DNA of 64,000 nucleotides from an uncultured Bacteroidota bacterium (GTDB lineage: Bacteria; Bacteroidota; Bacteroidia; B-17B0; Aurantibacillaceae). Position 1 is the first letter of the stretch; each line of letters begins with the position of its first letter. A program made the position numbers and the translations under genes. The stretch covers positions 129,826 to 193,825 of the forward strand of contig CAITNS010000053.1 of NCBI GenBank assembly GCA_903893815.1. Reading direction: 5' to 3'. Shown one piece after another: positions 1-10,787 of the stretch. Below the pieces are notes generated by a model. It saw only the letters and a list, made by a program, of their open reading frames with translations. It was not told the origin of the DNA and did no database searches.

Positions 1-3000
1 AAGCATCACAAGCTTCAAGTTCCTTACAAATAAAATGGTTGCACGAGAATTCAACCACACATCATTTTATTATTAATAATGTAGTAAAAGGAAAAGGAAA
101 TGTAACGCTTTCTTATAATGGTGAATCTATTGGATCTGCAGAAAAAGACAGTGAGGAAATTACCATACCAAATGCTACAGAATTTACCTTATTAAATGTA
201 TTAATCAACAATGAGCCTGATCAATTTATAACCCTTCAATTTTCTGATAGAATAGATCCAAATCAAAATTTGGATGGATTAATTTCAATCAATAATCCCA
301 ATGGAACAACAACAACTAACTACAATGAGTATGGAGAAGCTAATAACGAAAAGTTACCCGTTAAAGAATCCAAACTCACGTATTTAATTGAAAATAATTC
401 CATAAAAATTTACACAAACGAACGTTTAGTGGATAGTCGTGAATTGAATATTAGTAATGGCGTAAAAAATTATGAAGGCAAACATTTAAAAGAAGCAATC
501 GTTTATAATTTATTTTTTGAAGATTTAAAACCAAGTGTTCGTTTAGTTGGTAAGGGAGTTATTCTGCCAAACTCTAGCGGATTAATTTTTCCTTTTGAAG
601 CCGTTAACTTAAATGCCGTTGATATTCGTATTACTCGTGTATACGAAAACAACATGTTGCAATTTTTACAAATCAATAATTTAGAAGGTAGTCAGGAATT
701 GCGCCGTGTAGGGAAATTAATTATTAAAAAGAAAATTGCTTTGCAAAATAATGGTATTCCAACTCGTAACAAATGGAATAATTATTCCATTGATTTATCG
801 TCTTTAATTAAAGCAGAACCTGGTGCCTTGTACAATGTTCGCATAAGTTTTAATCGTAATTATTCTACATACAATTGCCAAAGCGATACAAGCTCATCTG
901 AAGAAGATGTGTATGTTGACTCTGAAGCAAATGATGATGAAAAAGAATGGGATTATTACAGCTATTATGATGATTATTATGATGAAGGATATTACTATGA
1001 TTATTCAGAAAGAGAGAATCCTTGCTCAAGAGCTTTCTACAATAACAAATCGGTTACCCGAAATATTTTAGCTACTAACATTGGTTTAATTGCTAAACGT
1101 GGTAATGACGGAAAAATCAATGTATTTACATCGGATTTAATTACTACTAAGCCATTAGGAAATGTTACTATTGAGGCATATGATTACCAACAACAAAAAT
1201 TAAAACAAGTCACAACTAATGCTGAAGGAACTGCCGTTTTAGAAACCAAACAAAAACCATTTGTATTAATTGCCAAACGTGGGCAAGAACGTACCTACTT
1301 AAAACTAGATGATGGAAATTCCTTATCATTAAGTTCATTTGAAGTAGATGGTGATATTGTTCAAAAAGGAATCAAAGGATTTATTTATGGAGAACGCGGC
1401 GTATGGCGCCCAGGTGATAGCTTGTTTTTATCTTTTATATTAGAAAATAAAACTAAAGCATTTCCTGAAAACTATCCTGCGTCCATGGAATTAATAAATC
1501 CACAAGGACAGGTGGTACAAAAATTAACGCGAACAAACCACGTCGATGGTTTTTACAATTTCACAACAAAAACAGAAAGCTCTGCACCAACAGGCGTTTA
1601 TTTAGCAAAAGTAAAAGTAGGTGGTGCAGTCTTCACTAAAAATATTCGTATTGAAACGATTATGCCAAATCGTTTGAAAATAAATTTGGACTACAAAAAA
1701 GATAAAATTTATAGCAGCGATTTAACTTTGAATAGCGATTTATTCATTAACTGGTTACACGGTGCACCTGGTAGAAATCTTGAAACAAAAATTGATGTGT
1801 CACTTTCTCAAATTGAAACCACTTTTAAAGCTTACAAAGGATTTACCTTTGACAATCCTGCTCAAAATTTTTATTCAGAAACACAAACTATTTTTAGTGG
1901 AAGAACTGATGACAACGGTAAAACAGTTGTTAACTCTCAATTAAGTGATACCAAAGATGCGCCAGGTTTTTTAACAGCTAACTTTACTATTCGGGCATTT
2001 GAAGAAGGAGGTTCTTTTAGTACAGATAGATTCACCATTCCTGTTTCGCCATTTACAAATTATGTGGGAGTAAAAATTCCTGCTACAAAAAATGGTGAAC
2101 AATATTTAGAAACCGATATTGCTCACAACGTTGAGATAGCTACTGTTGATGAATTTGGAAAAGCAACCTCGCGTTCTAATATTGAAGTAAAAGTATATAA
2201 ATTAGATTGGCGTTGGTGGTGGGATAATTACAACCAAGATTTATCTTCATACATCGGAAGTAATTATCACGAGCCTATTTATACTGAATCTATTTCTTCA
2301 TCAAACGGAAAAGCAAATTTCAAATTACGGGTTAACCAACCATCTTGGGGACGATATTTAGTATATGTGAAAGATGTTGAAAGTGGACATGCCTGCGGAA
2401 AGGTTGTGTTCATCGACTGGCCAAGTTGGGCAGGTAAATCTCCTAAAGGTAATGAAGGCAGCAATGTATTAACGGTTAATACAGATAAAAACGAATATAA
2501 AGTTGGTGATAAAGCCAAAATTTTAATTCCTAGTCCGCAAGGTGGAAAAGCATTAATTAATATTGAAAACGGAAGTCGCACTTTATTAAGTAAATGGATT
2601 GATACCAAACAAGGCATTACAGAATATGAATTTACGGTGACTAAAGAAATGACTCCAAATATTTATGTGTTTGTGCATTTAATTCAGCCACATGCTCAAA
2701 CAACGAATGATTTACCTATTCGTTTGTATGGTGTGGCATCTTTAATGATTAAAGATGAGCACACGATTTTAAAACCAGTGATAAAAACAGAAGCTGTTTG
2801 GAAACCAGAAAGTAATGAAATAGTAAAAGTAAGCGAAGCTAACGGAAAAGAAATTGCTTATACCTTAGCTATTGTTGACGAAGGCCTCTTAGATATAACG
2901 CGCTTTAAAACACCTGACCCTTGGAAAGCATTTTACGCAAAAGAAGCCTTAGGTGTAAAAACATGGGACGTTTATGATAACGTGATTGGTGCATTTGGTA

Positions 3001-5090
3001 AAGCCATGACACGTATTTTATCGATTGGTGGTGATGATGCTACAAATAATAAACCAGAAAACAGTGCCTTAAGATTTAAACCAATGGTACGTTTTGTAGG
3101 CCCATTTCATTTAAAGAAAGGAGAAACGGCGACGCATAAAATTAATATTCCTCAATATGTAGGTTCTGTGAGAGTGATGGTAATTGCTGGTTATCAAGGA
3201 GCTTATGGCAACGCAGAAAAAGCAGTTCCTGTTCGCAAACCATTAATGATTTTATCCACCTTACCAAGAGTATTGGGTCCAGGCGAAGAAGTGGATTTAC
3301 CTGTGACGGTTTTTGCCATGGAGAAAAAAGTGAAAAATGCCACCGTAACCATTACTACTGATAAATTCACAGAGGCTATTGGAGGCAATACGCAAAACGT
3401 AAGCTTTAGTTCAGTTGGAGATAAAGTAATTAACTTTAAATTAAAAATTAAAGATGTTTTAGGAGTTTCAAAAATTAAAATTGTAGCAAAAGGTGCAGGA
3501 GAAACTGCAACAGAAACAATTGAAATAGCAGTGCGTGCCAATAATCCAAGTGTAACAGATGCAGATGAGTATGTATTAACATCTAATAAAAACTTATCAA
3601 TTAATTACTCTCCAATTGGAATGAGTGGACCCAATAAAGCTTTTATTGAATTATCGACTTTGCCATCTATTAACTTATCGCAGCGTTTAGAATATTTAGT
3701 GCAATATCCACACGGTTGTGTCGAGCAAACAACGTCCTCTGTTTTTGCAGGATTGTATTTAAATGACATTACGGATCTAAGTGACGGTCAGAAAAAATTT
3801 ATTGATAACGCTACTAAATCTGCTATCAATCGATTGAAAGGATTCCAAACTTCTAACGGTGGTTTATCTTACTGGCCAGGATTAAATTCGGCGGATGAAT
3901 GGGGGACCAATTATGCTGGTCATTTTTTAATTGAAGCCAAAACAAAAGGCTATTCACTGCCTTACGGTTTATTAGATAACTGGAAACGTTATCAAAAACA
4001 AAAAGCACAAAATTATACAAGCAATAAAAACACCGCTTACTATGGCGAAGATTTAACACAAGCCTATCGTTTATATACACTAGCCTTAGCAGGTGCGCCA
4101 GAGTTAGGAGCGATGAATCGTTTAAAAGAAAAAGCAAGTTTATCTAATGAAGCTAAATGGCGTTTATCGGCCGCTTATGCTTTAATAGGACAATCAGAAG
4201 TAGCTAAAAAAATGATTTACAATGTACCTTCAACGCCAAAAGCTTATCAGGATTATTATTACACCTATGGAAGTTTAGAGCGTGATGATGCCATGATTTT
4301 AGAAACCATGACGTTATTGAAAGATAATAGTAATGCCTTCTTAAAAGTAATAGCATTAGCTACCAAATTAGGTAATAATGAATATTGGTTCAATACACAA
4401 TCTACCGCTTACTGTTTAATGGCTATTAGCAAATATGCTAAAATAAATGGGGCTAATTCAAACGTAACAGCAGATGTGAAAATTGGAAGTGAAACCATTG
4501 CTGTTTCTGATTTCTCAAAAACTAAATTCAAGATGATAGCATTAAAAAATGCAAATAGCACTACACCTATAAAAGTAACAGTAAAAGGTAATGGTAATTT
4601 ATTTGCACGTATTGTAAAACAAGGTATCCCAAAAGCAGGAACAGAAACCGATAAGTTTAGCAATTTAGAGTTAATCGTTAATTACAAAACGCTGAACGGG
4701 AATCCAATTGATGTGACTAACCTTGAACAAGGAACAGATTTTATGGCAGAGGTGACAATTAAAAACCCAGGTTTAAGAGGTATGTATCGCAACTTAGCCT
4801 TATCGCAAATTTTTGCTAGTGGATGGGAAATTCGCAACCAACGTTTGGATAATATTAATTACGTCAAAGGTGATGTTCCAACTTATCAAGATATTAGAGA
4901 TGATAGAGTTTACTCTTACTTTGATTTAGGAGTTGGTGTTATTAAAACATTTAAAGTATTATTAAATGCTTCTTACAATGGAACTTATTATTTACCAGGC
5001 GTTAACTGCGAAGCAATGTATGATAATAGCGTAACGGCACACGTTTCTGGGAAATGGGTAACTGTAAGAAAACAAGGAGAGATTCAATAA
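1..5090 (+). CDS. alpha-2-macroglobulin family thioester protein, 5' end outside window
   Basis: The frame (codons from nt 3) is open from the window edge, so the TTG at 39 is probably internal. More than 1680 aa. Canonical thioester motif YPHGCVEQTTSS (CVEQ codons 3717-3728). Size and beta-rich repeat pattern are typical of bacterial A2M. Confidence 0.9.
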   Translation, partial: ASQASSSLQIKWLHENSTTHHFIINNVVKGKGNVTLSYNGESIGSAEKDSEEITIPNATEFTLLNVLINNEPDQFITLQFSDRIDPNQNLDGLISINNPNGTTTTNYNEYGEANNEKLPVKESKLTYLIENNSIKIYTNERLVDSRELNISNGVKNYEGKHLKEAIVYNLFFEDLKPSVRLVGKGVILPNSSGLIFPFEAVNLNAVDIRITRVYENNMLQFLQINNLEGSQELRRVGKLIIKKKIALQNNGIPTRNKWNNYSIDLSSLIKAEPGALYNVRISFNRNYSTYNCQSDTSSSEEDVYVDSEANDDEKEWDYYSYYDDYYDEGYYYDYSERENPCSRAFYNNKSVTRNILATNIGLIAKRGNDGKINVFTSDLITTKPLGNVTIEAYDYQQQKLKQVTTNAEGTAVLETKQKPFVLIAKRGQERTYLKLDDGNSLSLSSFEVDGDIVQKGIKGFIYGERGVWRPGDSLFLSFILENKTKAFPENYPASMELINPQGQVVQKLTRTNHVDGFYNFTTKTESSAPTGVYLAKVKVGGAVFTKNIRIETIMPNRLKINLDYKKDKIYSSDLTLNSDLFINWLHGAPGRNLETKIDVSLSQIETTFKAYKGFTFDNPAQNFYSETQTIFSGRTDDNGKTVVNSQLSDTKDAPGFLTANFTIRAFEEGGSFSTDRFTIPVSPFTNYVGVKIPATKNGEQYLETDIAHNVEIATVDEFGKATSRSNIEVKVYKLDWRWWWDNYNQDLSSYIGSNYHEPIYTESISSSNGKANFKLRVNQPSWGRYLVYVKDVESGHACGKVVFIDWPSWAGKSPKGNEGSNVLTVNTDKNEYKVGDKAKILIPSPQGGKALINIENGSRTLLSKWIDTKQGITEYEFTVTKEMTPNIYVFVHLIQPHAQTTNDLPIRLYGVASLMIKDEHTILKPVIKTEAVWKPESNEIVKVSEANGKEIAYTLAIVDEGLLDITRFKTPDPWKAFYAKEALGVKTWDVYDNVIGAFGKAMTRILSIGGDDATNNKPENSALRFKPMVRFVGPFHLKKGETATHKINIPQYVGSVRVMVIAGYQGAYGNAEKAVPVRKPLMILSTLPRVLGPGEEVDLPVTVFAMEKKVKNATVTITTDKFTEAIGGNTQNVSFSSVGDKVINFKLKIKDVLGVSKIKIVAKGAGETATETIEIAVRANNPSVTDADEYVLTSNKNLSINYSPIGMSGPNKAFIELSTLPSINLSQRLEYLVQYPHGCVEQTTSSVFAGLYLNDITDLSDGQKKFIDNATKSAINRLKGFQTSNGGLSYWPGLNSADEWGTNYAGHFLIEAKTKGYSLPYGLLDNWKRYQKQKAQNYTSNKNTAYYGEDLTQAYRLYTLALAGAPELGAMNRLKEKASLSNEAKWRLSAAYALIGQSEVAKKMIYNVPSTPKAYQDYYYTYGSLERDDAMILETMTLLKDNSNAFLKVIALATKLGNNEYWFNTQSTAYCLMAISKYAKINGANSNVTADVKIGSETIAVSDFSKTKFKMIALKNANSTTPIKVTVKGNGNLFARIVKQGIPKAGTETDKFSNLELIVNYKTLNGNPIDVTNLEQGTDFMAEVTIKNPGLRGMYRNLALSQIFASGWEIRNQRLDNINYVKGDVPTYQDIRDDRVYSYFDLGVGVIKTFKVLLNASYNGTYYLPGVNCEAMYDNSVTAHVSGKWVTVRKQGEIQ

Positions 5091-5101
5091 AAATAAATAA
5101 C

Positions 5102-5138
5102 TTAGACCCGAAATGTTTTTAAAACCTTTCGGGTCTAA
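5102..5138 (+). terminator. stem-loop after the A2M gene
   Basis: Perfect 12-bp arms TTAGACCCGAAA (5102-5113) and TTTCGGGTCTAA (5127-5138), 12 nt after the stop. It is followed by an A-rich rather than T-rich tract, so it is not a textbook intrinsic terminator. Confidence 0.55.
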
Positions 5139-5150
5139 AAATAAAAGAAA

Positions 5151-5867
5151 ATGAAACTAGATATATTAGCTATAGGCGTGCACCCGGATGATGTTGAATT
5201 ATCAGCATCAGGAACTATTTTGAAACATATTGCCTTAGGAAAAACAGTAGGCATTTTAGATTTAACTCGTGGCGAATTAGGAACACGTGGTAATGCTGAA
5301 CTAAGAGCGCAGGAAGCAACCCATGCTGCCAAAATATTAGGACTTTCTATCAGAGAACAACTATCGATGGCAGATAGCTTTTTTGAAAATAATGAAGCGC
5401 ATCAAAAAGAAATCATTCGAATCATACGCAAATACCAACCAGAGATTGTATTATGTAATGCTATTACAGATAGACATCCAGACCATGGACGAGCTGCTAA
5501 ATTAACAGAAGACGCTTGTTTTTACAGTGGTTTAGTGAAAGTAGAAACGAAAGAAGACGGCAAAATACAAGCTGTATGGCGACCAAAAGCGGTGTATCAT
5601 TACATTCAAGATCATTTTATTGAACCTGATTTTGTAGTTGATATAACGGCGCACATGGATAAAAAAATGGAATCTATTTTTGCTTATTCATCTCAATTTT
5701 TTGATCCAAATTCAAAAGAGCCTGAAACCCCAATTTCCACTAAAAATTTCCTGGAATATGTAAAATCAAAAGGTAGCTTATTTGGAAGAGCAATTAATGT
5801 AGATTATGCGGAAGGTTATACAGTAAGCAGATATATTGGAATAGAAAATTTATTTGATTTAAAATAA
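5151..5867 (+). CDS. bshB1: PIG-L/LmbE family deacetylase, bacillithiol biosynthesis BshB1-like
   Basis: N-terminal AIGVHPDDVE and later DRHPDHG metal-binding motifs are typical of LmbE/BshB deacetylases. The 238-aa size fits. Confidence 0.8.
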   Translation: MKLDILAIGVHPDDVELSASGTILKHIALGKTVGILDLTRGELGTRGNAELRAQEATHAAKILGLSIREQLSMADSFFENNEAHQKEIIRIIRKYQPEIVLCNAITDRHPDHGRAAKLTEDACFYSGLVKVETKEDGKIQAVWRPKAVYHYIQDHFIEPDFVVDITAHMDKKMESIFAYSSQFFDPNSKEPETPISTKNFLEYVKSKGSLFGRAINVDYAEGYTVSRYIGIENLFDLK

Positions 5868-6467
5868 TTAATCCCTCTCCCACTTTCTTGTACTTCTTCC
5901 TTCTTGTCTCAGCACTTGCCAATTTTCTTTTTGTGCACGCTTTAATAATTTTACGCGCAAACGTTTAGGATAAAAATTTTTGGAGATAACACCAAAGCGT
6001 GATTTGCATTTACATACCTCTGCTTTACTCAATACATCGTAAGCGCCTGCGGCGCAGCGCATTCCTATAAAAGCATAATCGTAAGGCGTTTGTTCGAAAT
6101 ATTTTTTTTCAGTTTCTTTAAATTTCAACACCTGTTCTTCTGTTATTGGAATCACAATTGTTGTGATTTTTAATTTACCTGTATCTCCATGCCACTTTAA
6201 ATCTTTATCAATTCGATATTTTCCTGCACTTTTACTTTTATGTGGAAATATATGCCATTTACCATTATTAGTTCCATAGCTAATAATTTTATTTTCAAGT
6301 TCAAGGTAAACATGCCCGCCATGAATGCCTCCAAATTGTTTTGCTTCTATTTTTTTAAAAGCAGATTTTGGTTTTGAACCATACACAAAATGAACCTTGA
6401 CAAATAAAGAATCTGAGGCAAATAGAGAGTTACAAAGAAATAAAAAAAAGAAAATAAAACGTAACAT
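5868..6467 (-). CDS. hypothetical secreted protein
   Basis: N-terminal hydrophobic signal-like segment MLRFIFFFLFLCNSLFA. It is the last gene of the recG-strand cluster (5-nt gap to the upstream ORF). No family recognised. Confidence 0.55.
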   Translation of the reverse strand: MLRFIFFFLFLCNSLFASDSLFVKVHFVYGSKPKSAFKKIEAKQFGGIHGGHVYLELENKIISYGTNNGKWHIFPHKSKSAGKYRIDKDLKWHGDTGKLKITTIVIPITEEQVLKFKETEKKYFEQTPYDYAFIGMRCAAGAYDVLSKAEVCKCKSRFGVISKNFYPKRLRVKLLKRAQKENWQVLRQEGRSTRKWERD

Positions 6468-6472
6468 GATAA

Positions 6473-6769
6473 TTACATCACATGTAAATTATCCAAAGTG
6501 TCTTTTGTATAAAAGAAATTAATCAAATTTAATACGCTAAAATGAGTAATTGAACTTCCGCCACCTTTGTATGCAGTTGTTTTAACAACCTTTTCTGTTT
6601 TATTGAATGAGCTGTTAGAAACTACTTTCTCAGTAATACGAGGTTTAACAATTTGTGGGTGCTTTACACAATCTTTAGGTTGTTGTTGCACCTTTGGTTG
6701 TGGAGTAGTAGCATGTACTTTGAATAAGCCTGCAAAGATGAAAATATAAATAAAAACTAATGTCTTCAT
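6473..6769 (-). CDS. hypothetical small secreted protein
   Basis: Internal Met at 6769 begins a signal-like MKTLVFIYIFIFAGLFKVHA. The longer ORF reaching 6811 is less likely. No family recognised. Confidence 0.45.
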   Translation of the reverse strand: MKTLVFIYIFIFAGLFKVHATTPQPKVQQQPKDCVKHPQIVKPRITEKVVSNSSFNKTEKVVKTTAYKGGGSSITHFSVLNLINFFYTKDTLDNLHVM

Positions 6770-6820
6770 TTTTAGAGTTTTAACTATATCAAAAATAACG
6801 CTTTTTTTCAAATAAACAAA

Positions 6821-8929
6821 TTATCCAATTTTACTCCAAGAACTCCTTGTTTTGCCTTGAAACTGTAACTGATTCAACAATAATTGGTTCTCCTGACTAG
6901 CTAAATTAGGGTCTTCGTTTAAAATAGCTTGTGCCGCCGAGCGAGCCAGCTGCAAAATCTGTCCATCTTGAGCCAAATCAGCTATTTTCAGATCTAAAAC
7001 TCCGCTTTGTTGTGTTCCATCTAAGTCTCCTGGTCCGCGTAGTCGCAAATCTACTTCGCTAATTTCAAATCCATCGTTAGTTCTTACCATCGTTTCCATT
7101 CGCAATTTGCTATCGGCGCCTAATTTATAAGAAGTCATTAAAATACAATAGGATTTATCTGCTCCTCGCCCTACTCTTCCTCTTAACTGATGTAATTGCG
7201 ATAAACCAAATCGTTCAGCGCTTTCAATAACCATCACAGAAGCATTAGGAATATTTACACCAACTTCAATAACGGTTGTTGCCACCATAATTTGCGTTTC
7301 TTTTTTAATAAAACGCTGCATCTCAAATTCTTTTTCGGCTGGTTTTAATTTACCGTGAACAATACTAATTTGATATTGAGGTACAGGAAAATCATCCAGC
7401 AATGCGTCATAGCCATTTTGCAAATTTTGATAATCCATTTTTTCACTTTCCTGAATTAATGGATACACGATATAAACTTGTCGCCCTAAGGCAATTTCCT
7501 GTTTCATAAAACCAATTAATCGCAAACGCTGACTTTCCATAAAATGCATCGTTGTAATTGGTTTTCGGCCTGGAGGTAATTCATCAATCACAGAGGTATC
7601 TAAATCACCATACAAAGTCATAGCCAATGTTCTTGGAATTGGCGTAGCCGTCATAATTAAAACATGCGGAGGCTGAGTGTTTTTTTTATGCATTTTGCCA
7701 CGTTGTGCAACTCCAAAACGATGCTGTTCATCAATAACCACTAATCCTAAATTTTTAAATACAACTACATCTTCAATTAAAGCGTGTGTTCCAATTAAAA
7801 TATGAATAGCGCCTGATTGTAAATCAGTATGTAATTCTCGTCTTGCTTTTGTTTTAGATGAACCAGTTAATAAAGCTACTTTCAAACCCATTGGTTCTAA
7901 TAATTCTGAAATGGTAGCGAAATGTTGTTTAGCTAAAATTTCAGTAGGCGCCATTAAACAAGCCTGAAATCCATTATCAATGGCCAACAACATACTTAAC
8001 AAAGCTACTAAGGTTTTTCCGCTTCCAACATCACCTTGCACCAAACGACTCATTTGTTTGCCCGAACCCATATCCACACGAATTTCTTTCATCACGCGCT
8101 TTTGCGCATTGGTTAATTGAAAAGGTAAATGATGATTGTAAAAATTATTAAAAGCATCGCCAACTTTATTAAACACAAAGCCCTGAATCATTTGATGCCT
8201 AACCAAATTACTACGCAATAATTTTAATTGCACATAAAACAATTCTTCAAACTTTAATCTGAATCTTGCTTTCTCTAAAAGCGTTTTTGAATCAGGAAAA
8301 TGAATTTGCTTTAAAGCTTCTAATTTTGTGAACAAATTAAAATCTTGAATGATAGAATGCGTTAAGGACTCTTGAATATTTTGTTCATTGAGTTGAATGG
8401 TCAATAATTGTAAGCATTTCCTGATTCCGTCGCTATCTAAATTTCTATACTTTAATTTTTCAGTGCTATGATAAACCGATTGAAAAGAAGATTGATTCAC
8501 TAATAATTCAGGAGTCACTACATCAATTTCGGGATGCGCCATATTGAATCGTCCCATAAAGGCAGTGGCTTTTCCATAAACTATATATTCTGCATTCGAT
8601 TTTAATTTTTCCGCCATCCACTTCGCTCCTTGAAACCAAACCAATTCAATGACACCTGAACTATCTCTAAATTTAGCTACCAAACGTTTGGTACGTTTAT
8701 CCCCTACAAAATCAATTTCAGTAATATGTCCTCGTAACTGGTAATAGGCCGAATCTTCAATTACTTCTCTTACACTATGAAAATGCGTTCTATCAACATA
8801 CCTAAAAGGATAATGTGTTATTAAATCTTTATAAGTAAAAATGAATAATTCTTTTTGCAATACTTCCGCACGCTGTGGGCCAATACCCTTAAGGTAGCCA
8901 ATGGGGGTATCTAAAAAAGCAGCGTTCAT
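6821..8929 (-). CDS. recG: ATP-dependent DNA helicase RecG
   Basis: Walker A GDVGSGKT, DEQH box VIDEQHRFG, wedge-domain-like N-terminus starting LDTPIGYLKGIGPQRAEVL. The likely start is the Met at 8929 rather than 8950. Confidence 0.93.
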   Translation of the reverse strand: MNAAFLDTPIGYLKGIGPQRAEVLQKELFIFTYKDLITHYPFRYVDRTHFHSVREVIEDSAYYQLRGHITEIDFVGDKRTKRLVAKFRDSSGVIELVWFQGAKWMAEKLKSNAEYIVYGKATAFMGRFNMAHPEIDVVTPELLVNQSSFQSVYHSTEKLKYRNLDSDGIRKCLQLLTIQLNEQNIQESLTHSIIQDFNLFTKLEALKQIHFPDSKTLLEKARFRLKFEELFYVQLKLLRSNLVRHQMIQGFVFNKVGDAFNNFYNHHLPFQLTNAQKRVMKEIRVDMGSGKQMSRLVQGDVGSGKTLVALLSMLLAIDNGFQACLMAPTEILAKQHFATISELLEPMGLKVALLTGSSKTKARRELHTDLQSGAIHILIGTHALIEDVVVFKNLGLVVIDEQHRFGVAQRGKMHKKNTQPPHVLIMTATPIPRTLAMTLYGDLDTSVIDELPPGRKPITTMHFMESQRLRLIGFMKQEIALGRQVYIVYPLIQESEKMDYQNLQNGYDALLDDFPVPQYQISIVHGKLKPAEKEFEMQRFIKKETQIMVATTVIEVGVNIPNASVMVIESAERFGLSQLHQLRGRVGRGADKSYCILMTSYKLGADSKLRMETMVRTNDGFEISEVDLRLRGPGDLDGTQQSGVLDLKIADLAQDGQILQLARSAAQAILNEDPNLASQENQLLLNQLQFQGKTRSSWSKIG

Positions 8930-9013
8930 ATTCACAAAATTACTACACATCCTCTGTTAATACAATTTTAAGACATCGATTTATAAACAATCATTCTCTG
9001 TTATTTTTGTGTA

Positions 9014-9682
9014 GTGAGATTTAATGCGATTATTATATTCGTTTTACTTTCCTTTTTTGCAAAGGGACAATTTCTCGACACCTTTAAAGTGTTTTTACAC
9101 TCGCGTCCAAGTATTGATGCTCGTTTAGAATCTCGCTATTCGTTTATGAATAACTCGCCCACAAAAGTAAGTGGTGTAAGGTTAGGCATAAGCTTTAAGA
9201 GAAAATTGCGAGTTGGCATAGGCTACAGTTGGCTAGACACCCCAGTTTATGATAAAGAAATAGTGAAAGATGAATTAGGTAAACCTAAAATAATAACTAG
9301 TTTTTTTAAGTTCGGATATGTATGTTATTACGCCGATTTTGTATTTCACAAAACAAAACGTTGGCAGTTGAGTGTGCCTATACAGGTGGGAACTGGGATG
9401 TATTGGACAAGATATGATGATGGAGAAAAAATAACTAATTCAAAAAAACGTTTATTATTGTTTTATGAACCAGGAATTACAATACAATATAAAATGACTC
9501 GCTGGTGTGGTTTAGGCTTGGATGTTTGCGCCAGACTAGCTTTAAGAAATACCAATTATGTGAGCAATAAACTAAATTCATTTGTATTAGCACCTAAACT
9601 ACTCATTTTGTTTGATCAAATATTTTATATGGCGGCACCAAAATCAAAAATCACAAAAAAACATGGGCCAGCTATGTGGTAA
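9014..9682 (+). CDS. hypothetical outer-membrane beta-barrel-like protein
   Basis: Signal-like N-terminus MRFNAIIIFVLLSFFAKGQ (GTG start), alternating-hydrophobic strands and an aromatic C-terminal residue. Confidence 0.5.
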   Translation: MRFNAIIIFVLLSFFAKGQFLDTFKVFLHSRPSIDARLESRYSFMNNSPTKVSGVRLGISFKRKLRVGIGYSWLDTPVYDKEIVKDELGKPKIITSFFKFGYVCYYADFVFHKTKRWQLSVPIQVGTGMYWTRYDDGEKITNSKKRLLLFYEPGITIQYKMTRWCGLGLDVCARLALRNTNYVSNKLNSFVLAPKLLILFDQIFYMAAPKSKITKKHGPAMW

Positions 9683-9753
9683 TTAATGGCATAAATAATT
9701 AATGCTACAATTTATAGCAGGTGCCTATATTTTAATTTTGTACTTTTACACTA

Positions 9754-10782
9754 ATGAACGAGAATTTAGACGCCAATAACGACAAACTATCCAATACTGA
9801 TAAGGATTATGAAAAAGCCTTACGTCCTGTGGAGTTTAACGACTTTAGTGGGCAAGAATCGGTGGTGGACAATTTGCGCATCTTTGTTCAGGCAGCTAAA
9901 CAGCGTGAGGAAGCTTTGGATCATGTTTTATTGCACGGTCCTCCCGGTTTAGGAAAAACCACCTTAGCACATATTATTTCAAATGACTTAGGCGTTAATT
10001 TAAGAGTGACTAGCGGTCCTGTATTGGATAAGCCAGGCGATTTAGCAGGTTTACTGACTAATTTGGAACCATTTGATGTGTTGTTTGTAGATGAGATTCA
10101 TCGTTTAAGTCCTATAGTAGAAGAGTATTTATACTCTGCTATGGAAGATTACAAGATTGACATTATGATTGATAGCGGACCTAACGCAAGAACGGTTCAA
10201 ATAAAATTAAATCCTTTTACATTAGTTGGAGCTACTACGCGTAGTGGTTTATTAACGGCTCCATTACGTGCACGTTTTGGAATTACATCGCGTTTAAATT
10301 ATTACGATAGTAAAGTATTAACAGGCATTGTGCAACGTAGTTCTGCTATTTTAGGTTTAGAGATTGCTGATGAAGCAGCTTACGAAATTGCCAGAAGAAG
10401 CCGAGGAACACCGAGGATTGCAAATGCCTTATTACGTCGTGTAAGAGATTTTGCTCAAATAAAAGGAGATGGTACTATCAATATTGATATTGCAACTTAT
10501 GGATTAAAAGCCTTAAACGTTGATAAAAACGGATTAGATGAAATGGATATTCGTATTTTATCAGCCATCATCGATAAATTTAAAGGCGGACCAGTTGGAA
10601 TTACTACGATTAGTACAGCCGTTGGTGAAGAATCAGGTACAATTGAAGAAGTATATGAACCTTTTTTAATACAAGAAGGTTATATGAGTCGCACACCGCG
10701 CGGACGCGAAGCAACTGAAAAAGCATATAAGCACTTAGGAAAATCCTATAGAGGCAGAATGGGCGGATTGTTTGAAGACTAA
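9754..10782 (+). CDS. ruvB: Holliday junction branch migration DNA helicase RuvB
   Basis: Walker [12 protein letters not shown], Walker B/sensor [10 protein letters not shown] and [16 protein letters not shown] are typical RuvB. Confidence 0.95.
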   Translation: MNENLDANNDKLSNTDKDYEKALRPVEFNDFSGQESVVDNLRIFVQAAKQREEALDHVLLHGPPGLGKTTLAHIISNDLGVNLRVTSGPVLDKPGDLAGLLTNLEPFDVLFVDEIHRLSPIVEEYLYSAMEDYKIDIMIDSGPNARTVQIKLNPFTLVGATTRSGLLTAPLRARFGITSRLNYYDSKVLTGIVQRSSAILGLEIADEAAYEIARRSRGTPRIANALLRRVRDFAQIKGDGTINIDIATYGLKALNVDKNGLDEMDIRILSAIIDKFKGGPVGITTISTAVGEESGTIEEVYEPFLIQEGYMSRTPRGREATEKAYKHLGKSYRGRMGGLFED

Positions 10783-10787
10783 CTTTT

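Noticed and set aside
1762-4663. Small ORFs inside or antisense to the A2M gene (1762..1944, 2279..2617, 3203..3541, 3853..4137, 4409..4663).
   Set aside because: They are fully embedded in a long ORF with clear family motifs, and their sequences are low-complexity with no recognisable motifs. These are typical shadow ORFs. The same reasoning applies to the other short overlapping ORFs in the track, such as 5135..5332, 6567..6749, 11132..11344, 13235..13423, 14857..15063, 15367..15795, 20274..20483, 21629..21811, 23117..23326, 26435..26875, 27746..28021, 30518..30706, 35644..35859, 38936..39139, 39630..40369, 42663..43220, 45960..46347, 47244..47493, 48820..49011, 50568..51305, 52047..52244, 60963..61498, 62268..62468 and 63449..63682.
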